Assembly (NCBI GenBank): GCA_964500435.1
Contig: CAZCNL010000005.1
Location: 101,180 to 165,179 of the forward strand
Origin: an uncultured Chloroherpeton sp.
GTDB lineage: Bacteria > Bacteroidota > Ignavibacteria > Kapaibacteriales > UBA2268
DNA length: 64,000 bases
Reading direction: 5' to 3'
Shown here: piece after piece, positions 21,201 through 30,407 of the stretch
Position numbering within the stretch: the stretch's first letter is position 1
Layout: every line of letters starts with the position of its first letter
Notes under the pieces: generated by a model
What the model saw: the letters and a program-made list of their open reading frames with translations, nothing else
What the model was told of the DNA's origin: nothing
The model's database searches: none
Position numbers and translations under genes: made by a program

Positions 21201-22139
21201 AATGGAACACCAAAATTTACAAACATTATAGCAGTTAAAAATTTAAATCGTTCATTTTTGACATTTCCATCAATTTTTGGACTGGATTTATTTGGCAACA
21301 CAATCGAAAGTGTTGTTCAAGCATACAATGCAAAAAAAGCACAAATCGATGCTTTACCAATCGATACAATAAAGAAAAATGAATTACAGCAAGAAGCGCT
21401 TTCAGAAGCATTTTTCAATCAATTAAAAGCATTTCACTATATAACTGGCGAGGCGGGCAAATTTTTGCCAAGTGTGAATTGGGCATTCAGGTGGGAAGGA
21501 TTGGAAAAATGGGGCATTTGGGACGATTACTTAAAAAGATTATCATTAGAACATAATTATCAATCAAATTATCAAGAATCTATTCAAATAACAGATATAG
21601 GAAAGTTTATTCAAAATCAAATGGTTCAATACGGCTTCCAACCTTTAATTGGACTTACTGCAACATTTGACGAGAAAAAGCTGAAAGGAGCAATGACGGC
21701 AACCTTGCGTTGGTCAACTCAAAAATCTTTTATGGTAAATACTGCGTCTCGTTCTGTAATATCTTCGCAATCAACGAATGATATAACAACACAAGTAAGT
21801 TATACTATGCGTGGATTTGATTTCCCTATTTTAGGAATAAAGTTGAAAAATGATTTTGAGCTCAGCTTCCTTGGAACTTATAAAACAAATAAAAATTCAA
21901 CTTATGATATAATGAATAAAGATAGCTTCGCAGGCGGAAATTCAAATAATGGTTGGACATTGAACGGCAATACTCAAATCATAATTGAACCACGTGCACG
22001 CTACTCACTTAGTAATATCGTTACAGCATCATTCTTTGTTCGATACGAAGGTACATTTACTGAAGGTGCAGCTCAACCGGGCTATAATACCACTCAAGTC
22101 GGCTTAGACATTAGAATTGCAATTTCGGGTGGAAGATAA
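15240..22139 (+). CDS. sprA: type IX secretion system translocon SprA (Sov)
   Basis: A single 2299-aa ORF with a signal peptide and a giant beta-barrel-like composition. Size and context (a T9SS cargo gene immediately downstream) fit SprA. The start codon is uncertain. Confidence 0.8.
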   Translation: MLVNLKSKNILNRKTNLCSVALTVLIFSFVINYTLKAQTLTLNHNEQHLNNPFSLFFLNYFWLLQNPIDLNLNQNFNSQDTTEKTFSIYKQEDFYRINNKFGEKWLAPKDYNQKIEIDSTLKNLKTFEEFDSNRVNFTYPLTIDEYLELRKEKIKTEIWDSVLTRYDLKKALSQGDLANTISQATGINIPIPASPLTSIFGKPQISIGVNGEVNLRIGWRFDSQKLGTVSAFGQTQSTPIFNQDIRVNVNAKIGDKFSFGTDWNTRNNYDFNNKFKIGYEGYDDEIIRKVELGNIDFPIPSTLIGGGQSLFGARVDFQFGPLFLKTVFSQRRGQRKFVDVRGGVSKQPFALRAYDYAKNHFFLDTLYKQIYDQYFLNATPILPNTPIAQKNRIKRIQVFESTNDIREGVIRAGNSVAIADLPGKRFGMGEKYSDADKARPIQAGVVERGNFMILDSMQYAVDYNLGTLHIKNIRQDRYYAVAYAVEGETLAEEDNVYYGTFSNQAAPNDTLILKLIYRPNLLPSYKLLWDRQMKNIYQINATNVSVQDTKINLWYIRQNNDSADVLPGAADKLVTIFGVDRVNNASGTAPGDGIFDLRPPFFDAVTGEITFPNSKPFSDGLRNYFKNSNPELAEQYTFDQVYDTTYDVAARNTARDRFVISGEVSGKSANRIALGAFNLAPGSVKVTLDGVALKEYQDYIVDYYAGILTIKNPRATIPNANLKVEYEQQDILNIATKTLAGIRADYQLFKTRYSNATLGATFMHYDQSATVDRVRLGDEPVANTMFGFDAKFSLDAPWLTKLVDLLPFYDTKAPSSLNLAGEWAMILPNPNKRTSEIASDNGSSVVYIDDFEGAQRTISLGLSPSQWQYSSPPVDDAIDTTAFGRSLYRGHLFWFQHFLPYVPITDIYPNNKNNIQGQRLVSPLEIYFDPNIRGIYNQNPNFLDSNDVGYYDPNNAFSSKPENRKRIWGGFTRLLSSFNTNFDTENIEYIEIMMNILDNNQGEGKMYIDLGQISEDLIPNGRLDTEDGFTKASPFPNGIIDAGEDVGIDQLNDDQEKEAYPFPLNQEPDPARDDYYFDFGKRDDARTISDFYKYNNFENNSKYSEMGQFPDKEVLNDNNGQTLQLSNDYFTYEVNLTPDPNNNPQIVGGNPAKGWYLFRIPIRKPTSRVGNPTYSNVQYIRMRFQGGSVKLMVEKWQLVGSQWQRTNDFQNVPPSDSVLQVSFVNLWDNGKAPDFYEMPPGVTAPRLLNSTDPYSDIRQNEQSLKITVKDLNFGEERMATRIFRSMDIFNYKVMKFFVHGDNLMPDNMVKGAIPKAYTYIRFGIDSMNYYEYRRPIIRGWQDLQINLEELTAIKQIRDTSRITSQQIFPTKNDPLAYFIIKGNPILTRIQFIGLGVANPPEQFPNQLSTTIWVDELRLINPERSADWAGVANMDLKVADLAQVNMNFQNALPNFHKIEDRFGNRVTAISWSFNVTGNLEKFAPKSFNQMKIPITYTHSEQSENPEYVANNDISLKEAGYQARNQAYSQAINSGLSPQEANILATSAEQSVLTRSQTLRVSDNWALTQVKLGIPIKHWLVDQTLNALTIGYSYSQDYERSPIYEQRFNWIWKLNLQYGLKISDFLSFSPLGWMKGWDVLGIYSGLKINLLPSSINTSFDMMRRRQTEQSRYLDFPSPVLREFNAQRQAQMSWKLSENGFLNPLFDYSFSTISTLVPFELDENGKQRTGSELSKYIFFKNGQLINLGSNTLHNQVVTINTKPQIPDLFGISRFIDITSTYSATYTWQNPLQPNPQFVDVAKNASVNTNLRINQSFKLKALGDKWFDFVLPKKGTRITESDTTGGLWKGTVSVLKKIFFDWDKVDFTFNQTSSSLNPGVYGGTGFDNFWARGFLGRSDRNEFGPSFPYQLGLVTDPHGGFSVVPSNTFPYFGFQSYVGKRPPNAVLQDNYRQQSTFEIKTSRRLWEGATLDLTWKTDLGFNRNQTVITDSNGTPKFTNIIAVKNLNRSFLTFPSIFGLDLFGNTIESVVQAYNAKKAQIDALPIDTIKKNELQQEALSEAFFNQLKAFHYITGEAGKFLPSVNWAFRWEGLEKWGIWDDYLKRLSLEHNYQSNYQESIQITDIGKFIQNQMVQYGFQPLIGLTATFDEKKLKGAMTATLRWSTQKSFMVNTASRSVISSQSTNDITTQVSYTMRGFDFPILGIKLKNDFELSFLGTYKTNKNSTYDIMNKDSFAGGNSNNGWTLNGNTQIIIEPRARYSLSNIVTASFFVRYEGTFTEGAAQPGYNTTQVGLDIRIAISGGR

Positions 22140-22288
22140 TTTACAATTTTATTTGTCACATTGATACAAAAATCACTGCTTTTCCTAAAAACAAAATTAA
22201 TTAGTCGATAATTTATTATAATATTAGTTAAAGAATATTGAAATAATCAATCAAGAAAAATGGCATAATTGTTGCTATATCAACAAGT

Positions 22289-23788
22289 ATGATTAAAATT
22301 AAACACATATTCGCTATAATACTAATATTATTAATTGGTTGCTCAATTAATACTTTATATAGTCAAAGTATCCGTATAGTGCGGACTGATGTGGATTCAA
22401 CCCGTTTTGATTTTATAACAGCCGGGTATGTGTTTGGGTTTGATGTCTATGTCGATGGAGTCGATTCATTCAACGGATTGAGCTTCGATTTAGAATGGGA
22501 TGCACCAGATTATGTAAAGTTTTCTCAATGGGAATTAGGGAAATTAGGTCCTAAAGCAAATGCGCAACTTGTGAGCAGAATTGACCAAATTAATAAATTG
22601 GGCATTTTAACTGTCGGTGTTGGAACAGGACAAATATTGGATTCTACAACAAAAGCAATTTCGAAAGTTATTCATTTAGATTTTGTATTGCTACAAAGTG
22701 CTGAGCACGGAGGCAAAGTCAAATTTACATTTATCAAACCTGCAATATCATATTTTACAAGTGGAACACCAAAAATTATAGAATTAAAAGCTTCACCAAT
22801 TGAATTTAAAATTCATAGTTATGTTGATGTATATCCTGGAGATGCCGATAATAGCCATGAAGTTGACCATATGGACTATGTTAACGTAACTCTTTATATG
22901 GGAGTTGGCGGACCTGAAACAAAAAATACAAGAACATTTAAACGCACGTACCCTTCATCTTATTGGATTGCACAACGTTGTCTTGCTTGGGATATTGAGC
23001 CCGCAACTTATGCAGATTGTGATGGAAATGGCGAAATAACAATTAAAGATATGCTTATTGTTAGCTACAATTTAGGTAAAACAACAGTTGGTCCACCAGG
23101 AATAGTCCACAAAGATAAAGAACAAATTCCGTCGAATATATTTCAATCAGCAAACTTTCCACAAAATGCAATTTATATTCCGGTAAATATTTCTTCTAAA
23201 TATGATTTTTATTCAGCAACATTTAATATAAAATTTAAAAAGGACGGAATCGCAAATAAATTAATTGGAGTTAAAAACGGGGATTTATTTCCCGCCGAAA
23301 CAGACTTAATTTATTTTAATAAAAGTGATAATACAGCACAATTTTTTATAACAAATAAGCAAAATACAATTTGTAAAAATAAAAATGGTGTAATCGCCTA
23401 TTTAGTTTTTGCAGAAGATGCCAATATTGGAAATAATGAGATAATTATTGATGATGCCTCGGCAATTTCGGAAAATGGAATAATTTTTAATCTTAATTCA
23501 TTAACAAGTGTTAATTTTGTAAATCTCGATATAAACAACTTAGATAAATCAAAAATGAACTTAAATCTTAAAGACAATTTTGTCGATATAAACCTGCCTG
23601 AAAACCAGTATATTAAGTTAGTTCAAATTCAAGATTTAAATGGAAAAACTATCCGTTCGTTGCAAATTCCAAATAAATTAAATCATCTTGGAATTGATTT
23701 GACCGGATTAGTTCCCACGGTGTATTTCCTTTCGATACAAACCGAAGATGGCAAGTTTTATGTAGAACCACTTTTATATTTCCATTAA
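22289..23788 (+). CDS. secreted protein with T9SS C-terminal sorting domain
   Basis: 499 aa with a signal peptide. The C-terminal ~80 aa (YIKLVQIQDLNGKTIRSL...VYFLSIQTEDGKFY) is Por_Secre_tail-like. Confidence 0.65.
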   Translation: MIKIKHIFAIILILLIGCSINTLYSQSIRIVRTDVDSTRFDFITAGYVFGFDVYVDGVDSFNGLSFDLEWDAPDYVKFSQWELGKLGPKANAQLVSRIDQINKLGILTVGVGTGQILDSTTKAISKVIHLDFVLLQSAEHGGKVKFTFIKPAISYFTSGTPKIIELKASPIEFKIHSYVDVYPGDADNSHEVDHMDYVNVTLYMGVGGPETKNTRTFKRTYPSSYWIAQRCLAWDIEPATYADCDGNGEITIKDMLIVSYNLGKTTVGPPGIVHKDKEQIPSNIFQSANFPQNAIYIPVNISSKYDFYSATFNIKFKKDGIANKLIGVKNGDLFPAETDLIYFNKSDNTAQFFITNKQNTICKNKNGVIAYLVFAEDANIGNNEIIIDDASAISENGIIFNLNSLTSVNFVNLDINNLDKSKMNLNLKDNFVDINLPENQYIKLVQIQDLNGKTIRSLQIPNKLNHLGIDLTGLVPTVYFLSIQTEDGKFYVEPLLYFH

Positions 23789-23868
23789 TGGAATTTATAG
23801 AATAAATTACATCAAACACAAATAATAGTTAATTTTGCATTTATAATAGTTATAATTATGGAATTATT

Positions 23869-25722
23869 ATGAATGCTAAATTATTAAAAATAAAAAGTAT
23901 ATTTTTACTTTCCTCACTTGTTTTTTCGTTGCTTTTCACAGCCGCAGCCAAAGATGAATTAACACTCACAGCAACAAACGTTCGCAATCATATAAAATAC
24001 CTTGCAAGTGACGAATTGGAAGGCAGATTCCCTGGCACAAAAGGTATTGAATTAGCTAAAGACTACATTTTAAATACTTTTAAATCTTACGGATTAAAAG
24101 CTCTCAACGGTACAAATACACAAAGTTTAGAAGTGACCGTCGGATACGAATTGAGTAAAGATAACCAAGTATATTTTAATTTAATTATACCAAAACCTGG
24201 CGTCCCAATTGAAATGGTTAAACCTGTTCGCAAAACTTGGGATGTGAATAAGGATTGGCTCCCCGTAAGTTTATCAGAAAATAAGGAAATTGAAGGTGCA
24301 ATGGTATTTGCTGGTTATGGAATTACAGCAAAAGACTTAAAATATGATGACTACGAAGGAATTGATGTTAAAGATAAAATCGTCATTGTTCTTACAAATT
24401 CTCCAGATGGTGAAAAAGAATCGAGCGAATTTCACCCTTACACATCTTACCGCTACAAAGCTACAAATGCCCGAAATCATGGTGCCATTGGTGTGATTTT
24501 TGTGAAAATTCAAGGCGATTCTGCAAATGTATTTGTGCCGTTAGATAGAGACAGAGGCGAAAGAAATACAGGAATTGTAGCAATTCAAGTAAACCGCAAT
24601 CGAATTGCCGAATATTTCCCTAAAAATTCATTATACCCAACTGAATTAGAAATTAACAAAACTCGCAAGCCAAAAAGTTTTGAATTACCAAATGCAAAAA
24701 TTCATATCAAAGTAGACTTGGAAGATAAAAAAGTTAAAACTGAAAATTTATTTGCAATGCTCGAGGGCACAGACCCTAAATTGAAAGATGAGTATATAAT
24801 TATAGGTGCACATTATGACCATTTAGGCTGGGGCGGTCCAACATCGAATTATCACGGCAACAAGCCAATGATTCATAATGGTGCTGACGATAATGCCTCA
24901 GGTGTTGCTGTAATGCTTGAAATTGCAAGATTATTAAGCGAACAACAACCAAAAAGAACAATAATTTTCGTTTCATTCACTTCCGAAGAACTTGGCTTGC
25001 TTGGGTCGAATTACTTTGTAAATCATCCACCGATAGATTTATCAAAAGTATCAATGATGGTAAATTTAGATATGGTTGGACGTATGCAGAATGATAATTT
25101 ATTTGCAATTGGAGTTGCATCATCAAGTATGTTCCCAAGTCTTTTGAACGAGCTCGATTCAACGGACGTTACGATTAAAATAACACAATCAGAATCGCCA
25201 ATTGCCGCAAGTGATAATACTTCATTTTATTTGAAAAATATTCCATCAATATTCTTTTTTACAGGTGTTCATCTCGATTATCATAGACCAAGTGATGATT
25301 GGGAAAAAATCAACTACTTGGGATGCGATAAAGCTGCGAACTTTATTGCAAATTTTGTTAAAAAAGTTGCAGATTTGGATGTAAAATTACCATTTACGAG
25401 GGCAACAAACGACAACAATTCCGAAAGTAAACCATCGAGTGGAAGCAGCTACGGAAGCAAAGTATGGTTTGGTATTATCCCCAACTTCGAAAATGAGCCC
25501 AAAGGGTTTAAAATTTCAGGTTCAAGTCCTGGCAGTCCTGCGGAAAAAGCCGGTTTAATAGAAAATGATATAATTTTAAAAATAGACCAAAACGAGATTA
25601 AAAATATTCACGACTTTATGTTTGCTTTAAAAGAACATAAGCCCGGAGACGAAGTAAAAGTTATATTTTTACGAGATGGGAAAGAAAAAACAACAACTGT
25701 TAAGTTAACAGTTAAGGAATAA
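23869..25722 (+). CDS. M28-family aminopeptidase with PA domain and C-terminal PDZ domain
   Basis: The M28 metal-ligand motifs HYDHLGWG and GADDNASG are present. The C-terminus (GFKISGSSPGSPAEKAGLIENDIIL) is PDZ-like. Confidence 0.8.
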   Translation: MNAKLLKIKSIFLLSSLVFSLLFTAAAKDELTLTATNVRNHIKYLASDELEGRFPGTKGIELAKDYILNTFKSYGLKALNGTNTQSLEVTVGYELSKDNQVYFNLIIPKPGVPIEMVKPVRKTWDVNKDWLPVSLSENKEIEGAMVFAGYGITAKDLKYDDYEGIDVKDKIVIVLTNSPDGEKESSEFHPYTSYRYKATNARNHGAIGVIFVKIQGDSANVFVPLDRDRGERNTGIVAIQVNRNRIAEYFPKNSLYPTELEINKTRKPKSFELPNAKIHIKVDLEDKKVKTENLFAMLEGTDPKLKDEYIIIGAHYDHLGWGGPTSNYHGNKPMIHNGADDNASGVAVMLEIARLLSEQQPKRTIIFVSFTSEELGLLGSNYFVNHPPIDLSKVSMMVNLDMVGRMQNDNLFAIGVASSSMFPSLLNELDSTDVTIKITQSESPIAASDNTSFYLKNIPSIFFFTGVHLDYHRPSDDWEKINYLGCDKAANFIANFVKKVADLDVKLPFTRATNDNNSESKPSSGSSYGSKVWFGIIPNFENEPKGFKISGSSPGSPAEKAGLIENDIILKIDQNEIKNIHDFMFALKEHKPGDEVKVIFLRDGKEKTTTVKLTVKE

Positions 25723-25845
25723 AAATATATTTTAAAACAAACAATTAAATTTGTCTAAATACGTAATATAATTTAGGTTAAATATTTATTTATGGCACGA
25801 TGTAACTTTTAATAAATTTAAATTGTCTAAAGAAGGAATTATTGG

Positions 25846-26835
25846 TTGAAAAAAGTGTTTAAAAATATTATAAAATTTCCTATTTTTTTGAGTTTAGTGC
25901 TCATTATCATAGTTTCGGGAGTAGTTTCTACGAACAAAATAACACTTTCAAATAGATTGAAAGAAGATGATGAAGCTAAACTACAATTATTTCAACCAGT
26001 TATAAAAAAAGTAATGTCGCTTGGAATAGATTCTCTCACAATCACCCAGTTAATTTTAGATCCAAATTTACAATTTAATGAGAATTACATTAAAATTGAA
26101 GTGCCAATAAAACAAGTAGAAAAGCCCGAGCCACAAGAACCAACATCAAGTAATAAAATATACAATAAATTAGTTAATGACGAAGCAATCCACAGAATAA
26201 ACAATTTTATTCAGCAAAATAACCAAATTTTTGATAAAATACAAGAAAAGTATGGTGTTTCGAAAGAAGTACTAGCATCATTACTTTGGGTAGAAACTCG
26301 CCATGGAGATTATTTAGGCTATCATCACGTCCTTTCCGTGTTCGCAAATTTAGCATTATGCGACCAACCAGAATTTTTGGAATATAACTTGCAAAATATG
26401 AGGCATAAAGCTAAATTCAGCAAAACAGAATATGTTTCTATGAAAAAAGCATTAATTGAAAAATCTCGCAACAAAGCAAAATGGGCAATAAATGAGTTAG
26501 CTTCACTTATTAAAATAAAAGATAAAATTCCAGTTAATATTAATGAACTTTATGGCTCTTATGCTGGAGCATTTGGCATTCCACAATTTTTACCATCATC
26601 GCTTAACAAATGGGCAATTGATGCAAATGGTGACGGCAAATACGATTTATTTGATTACTCAGATGCAATTTTTAGTGCGGCTAATTATTTAAAAAAACAT
26701 GGATTTAGCGACACAGAAAATGACCAAAGAAAATCACTTTTTGCTTATAATCATAGTACACGATACGTAAATACAATTATGTTGCTTTCTGAAAAAGTAA
26801 AACAATATCAAGAATCTGAACAAAACAACGAATAA
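25846..26835 (+). CDS. lytic murein transglycosylase (MltB-like)
   Basis: 329 aa with an N-terminal TM helix. The LWVETRHG and GAFGIPQFLPSS motifs are characteristic of MltB-family lytic transglycosylases. Confidence 0.75.
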   Translation: MKKVFKNIIKFPIFLSLVLIIIVSGVVSTNKITLSNRLKEDDEAKLQLFQPVIKKVMSLGIDSLTITQLILDPNLQFNENYIKIEVPIKQVEKPEPQEPTSSNKIYNKLVNDEAIHRINNFIQQNNQIFDKIQEKYGVSKEVLASLLWVETRHGDYLGYHHVLSVFANLALCDQPEFLEYNLQNMRHKAKFSKTEYVSMKKALIEKSRNKAKWAINELASLIKIKDKIPVNINELYGSYAGAFGIPQFLPSSLNKWAIDANGDGKYDLFDYSDAIFSAANYLKKHGFSDTENDQRKSLFAYNHSTRYVNTIMLLSEKVKQYQESEQNNE

Positions 26836-26865
26836 TAGATATTTTATACAAACAAATACTAACAA

Positions 26866-26905
26866 AAAGGGCTTCAACTTATTTATTGAAGCCCTTCTTT
26901 TTTTA
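26866..26905. terminator. bidirectional rho-independent terminator
   Basis: aaaaAGGGCTTCAActtatttaTTGAAGCCCTtctttttttatt. Confidence 0.7.
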
Positions 26906-26920
26906 TTCAAGTAAATGCTA

Positions 26921-28855
26921 TTATTTTTTTGGAGTGATTACATATATTTGTACTGTTCGAGAAAGTTGACGTCCAGTTGTCAAATTGTTATTGAAAATTA
27001 AAACAGATTCCCCAATACCATATGTTTCGTAATTAACATTTTTCACTTTACCTTCCAAGTATTTGCGCACATTGTCTGCTCGTCGTGTTGCTAAATTTTT
27101 ATTATAATCTTCATCACCAATTTTATCTGTATAGCCATAAATTTGAATAGTTGAATTAGCTGATATTGAAGGAATTACGTATTTATCAATAATTTGCTTA
27201 TCTTGGTCGCTTAATGTTGGGCTATCGAAATCGAAAAGCACTAAACTAAATTTGGAAACAGTTTTATCAGGTAAATTTTCAGTCTTTTTACGTGTAAATG
27301 AGAAATAATCAACAGGTAAAGACCCATTAATAGTCTTTTTCAATCCGTTAATTGTCTTTACAGTAAATTCCCAATCAACAGGTGTTTGAGAGGAAGCAAG
27401 TTGATTAGGTAAAATTTGCCAAGATATGTTCGAAGGCATACCAAAACCCTCTTTCTTTTCTATTTCTTTGCCTGCTTGATAATATTTCAACACCCAAGAA
27501 TCAACTGTGTCATTTGTAGCAATAATCGATTTGAAATCAATAAGTTGAGGTATTGTTATTCTTTCTTTATCGCTACTAATTACAATTGGTTTCAAAATTT
27601 CTGGGTTGTTTGAAGTAATTTCAGCTCGACTATTTTCTTTATCGCCATCAATATCACTTTTAGAAGAAGGTTTTGCGGGTAAGCCTCCAGCTACTGTATT
27701 AATTTTATTTCCGTTGATGCCATAATTTGCAACTAAATAATTCTTCACAAAATCTGCTCTTTCTTTTGATAAACTCTTCTGAGATTTCAATTCCTTTGAA
27801 TTCAAAGTACCGGTGACAGTGATTTGAGCAGTATTGTCTTGCTTCATTCTTGCTCCGACAATGTCGAGAGTATATGAATTAATTTTTTCAGCACTTGCGG
27901 GTAAAGCGTCAATACGGAATTCACCAGCTTCATTTTGAGCAGCAAGGACTTGTGTTTCTGGTGCAGGTGTTGATTTACCTTCTGGGAAAAATACATAAGG
28001 AATTAAAGGAAATAGTTCTGTGTATTGAACTTCTTCCACTTTGATTTTTTCCACAGGTTGAGGCACTAATTTTTCGTTATAATAAACAATTTCAGGAGTG
28101 TTGACATCTAAGTATTTTTCATCCTTTTTGATTGTAACAGGTTCTTCATATTTATTTAGCCCAAAAGTAAGATTTACACCTAATCTTAATTGGCTAACTG
28201 TCCAATAATCATATTTTTTATCTGAAGAAACTTTTGTTAGAGGTAATCTAAAAGAAGCCTCTGGCATTAAAAAAGTATTTTCAGAAAGATTAAATACATA
28301 ACCAACACCTAAAGCAATAGCGAGCCTTGTAGCTTTACCGGGAAAGTCTAAATCGGTTATTGTAGTATTTAAAGCAGAGTTAATTAAATTCTCGTAAGTA
28401 TAATCAAATTTCATACTTAGAGGAAATCCAAATTCAAGACCTGCAAGAAAATAAATAGGACTACCTGAAATTAAGTTATGTAACTGTAAAACAGGACTGA
28501 CTTCGATATATTGAAAGCGAGCATCTATTGTATGCTTTTCTTCTGTAATTGTAGTAGAGGAAATTGAGCCATTCAAATTGTAATAACCAATTCGCCCGGA
28601 AATTGTGTATGTTTCATTTAACGGGAAATTCCCAATTATTCCAAAATAACCACTCAATGCAGTTGAACTTTGGTTAAATGGAATAAGCACTTGATTGAAT
28701 TGTGCAGTATCAGTAAAGCTTGGTGAATGCATATTGAATCCCAATCCGCCGTAAAGTCCAATATTCGTGGGCATTTCTTTTGCCACTCCTTTTATAGTAA
28801 AGAAAGAAAAGAATAGCAAAAAGAAAATAGTAAAAATACTTAAACGTTTTCTCAT
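26921..28855 (-). CDS. OmpA-family outer membrane protein
   Basis: 644 aa with a signal peptide. The C-terminal OmpA-like peptidoglycan-binding domain reads ...NLATRRADNVRKYL. Confidence 0.75.
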   Translation of the reverse strand: MRKRLSIFTIFFLLFFSFFTIKGVAKEMPTNIGLYGGLGFNMHSPSFTDTAQFNQVLIPFNQSSTALSGYFGIIGNFPLNETYTISGRIGYYNLNGSISSTTITEEKHTIDARFQYIEVSPVLQLHNLISGSPIYFLAGLEFGFPLSMKFDYTYENLINSALNTTITDLDFPGKATRLAIALGVGYVFNLSENTFLMPEASFRLPLTKVSSDKKYDYWTVSQLRLGVNLTFGLNKYEEPVTIKKDEKYLDVNTPEIVYYNEKLVPQPVEKIKVEEVQYTELFPLIPYVFFPEGKSTPAPETQVLAAQNEAGEFRIDALPASAEKINSYTLDIVGARMKQDNTAQITVTGTLNSKELKSQKSLSKERADFVKNYLVANYGINGNKINTVAGGLPAKPSSKSDIDGDKENSRAEITSNNPEILKPIVISSDKERITIPQLIDFKSIIATNDTVDSWVLKYYQAGKEIEKKEGFGMPSNISWQILPNQLASSQTPVDWEFTVKTINGLKKTINGSLPVDYFSFTRKKTENLPDKTVSKFSLVLFDFDSPTLSDQDKQIIDKYVIPSISANSTIQIYGYTDKIGDEDYNKNLATRRADNVRKYLEGKVKNVNYETYGIGESVLIFNNNLTTGRQLSRTVQIYVITPKK

Positions 28856-28910
28856 AAAATTTCTCCAAAAATGCTAATTTATGAATAATAATTATTTTAT
28901 AGAGGTAAAA

Positions 28911-29570
28911 ATGAAAAAATTATTTTTATTAAGTATCACTTTTTTAGCTATAGTTTTTAATACTTCCTTTGCGGGAGCATTAGAATTTGGAATTAATGCA
29001 GGAATTGCAACACCTGACGACAAGATGAATCAAGTATACAATACAAATACTTTGCAATTATCACAAGATTCAATAGCAAATTTAATATCTAATGGATTGA
29101 AAACAGGATACCACCTTGGTGTGAAAGTTTCGATGCCTTTAAATTCCAATTTTTCATTCGTAGGATCTGTTGGATATAATAGCTTCCCACAATCAGAAAT
29201 TGAAGTGCGAGACCCTGCCTCCAATCAATTATTAGCGACCTTATCTACATCAACCAAAGTTGTACCAGTTTCTGCGGGATTAAACTTTTACTTGTTCAAA
29301 ACTGTTTTAAGTCCATACATTGCAGGTGATTTATCATATAATTACATTTCAACAAGCGTAGAATCTAAATTTATGGGTACGACTGTACCAATTTCGACAA
29401 CACCATCCGATAGTAGATTTGGCTTTGGCTTTGGGATAGGTACAGATATCAGCTTGGGTTTGGTGGACTTAAATATAGAAGGCAAATACAACTACACAAA
29501 CTTAATAGGCAAAACCACAAACGAGCCTAATAAATACTATTTTACTTTATTACTTGGACTTACTTTTTAA
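28911..29570 (+). CDS. outer-membrane beta-barrel protein (OmpW/OmpA-barrel-like)
   Basis: Signal peptide MKKLFLLSITFLAIVFNTSFA. It has alternating amphipathic beta-strands and ends in LLLGLTF. The start was moved to the second Met of the tracked ORF (28881). Confidence 0.55.
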   Translation: MKKLFLLSITFLAIVFNTSFAGALEFGINAGIATPDDKMNQVYNTNTLQLSQDSIANLISNGLKTGYHLGVKVSMPLNSNFSFVGSVGYNSFPQSEIEVRDPASNQLLATLSTSTKVVPVSAGLNFYLFKTVLSPYIAGDLSYNYISTSVESKFMGTTVPISTTPSDSRFGFGFGIGTDISLGLVDLNIEGKYNYTNLIGKTTNEPNKYYFTLLLGLTF

Positions 29571-29613
29571 GTTTGAAGAAAATTATTAATTAATAATTAA
29601 AGACATTTTTTGA

Positions 29614-29650
29614 AAATAAATCCTTCCTTCGGGGAGGATTTGTTTATTTT
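29614..29650 (+). terminator. rho-independent terminator
   Basis: aAATCCTTCCttcgGGGAGGATTtgtttatttt. Confidence 0.6.
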
Positions 29651-29737
29651 AAGAAATATTATATTTAAAATAAAGTTATTAATTTGTAGTTTATATTATT
29701 AAATCATAAAGATAAGTAATTGAAGGTTTAATTTTTC

Positions 29738-30325
29738 ATGGAGAAGCAGACAAATTTGAGTACCGAAAAACTTGATTTCGAAAAAGTATGGCTTATGTTT
29801 CAAGAAACTGACAGGAAATTTCAAGAAACGGCTCAGCAATTTCAAGAAACTGACAAAAAGTTCAAGGAAACGGATAGATTATTGAATAATTTAATGAAAA
29901 AAATGAGCGAAGTGGAGTCTCGTTGGGGAAAATTTGTCGAATCATTAGTGGAAGGTACATTAGTAAAAATACTTAATAAAAAAGGTATTCAAGTCCAACA
30001 TACATTTTTAAGAGCAAAAGGACTAATCAAAAATAAACAATATGAAATTGATATAATAGCAAAAAATGGAGAGCAAGTAGTAGCAGTAGAAGTAAAAACA
30101 ACTTTAAGCGTTGAAGATGTGAAGCATTTTATGACAAAATTAAAAGTATTCAAAGAAGTGTTCCCGGAATACTCTACTAATCAAGTAATAGGAGCAGTAG
30201 CATATATAACATCAGAGTCAGGAGCAGAAGTATATGCGGCAAAACACGGATTATACGTTATTAAAGCCACAAACAAAAGCGCAAGAATTATCAACAGCAA
30301 GGATTTCCAACCAAAATATTGGTAA
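29738..30325 (+). CDS. hypothetical protein with N-terminal FQETDxK heptad tandem repeats and a C-terminal PD-(D/E)xK-like nuclease-fold core
   Basis: 195 aa. Four tandem 21-nt repeats at 29806-29889 encode FQETDRK/FQETAQQ/FQETDKK/FKETDRL. Downstream, EIDIIAKNGEQVVAVEVKTT fits a D...ExK restriction-endonuclease-like motif. The gene is monocistronic, bracketed by terminators. Confidence 0.5.
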   Translation: MEKQTNLSTEKLDFEKVWLMFQETDRKFQETAQQFQETDKKFKETDRLLNNLMKKMSEVESRWGKFVESLVEGTLVKILNKKGIQVQHTFLRAKGLIKNKQYEIDIIAKNGEQVVAVEVKTTLSVEDVKHFMTKLKVFKEVFPEYSTNQVIGAVAYITSESGAEVYAAKHGLYVIKATNKSARIINSKDFQPKYW

Positions 30326-30353
30326 GATTAAGTTATACAATTTTTGATAAAAA

Positions 30354-30380
30354 TAAAGGCTGCATAAGCAGCCTTTGTTA
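30354..30380. terminator. bidirectional rho-independent terminator
   Basis: aAAGGCTGCataaGCAGCCTTtgttatt. Confidence 0.6.
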
Positions 30381-30407
30381 TTATTTTATTTTAATATTTC
30401 GATTATA

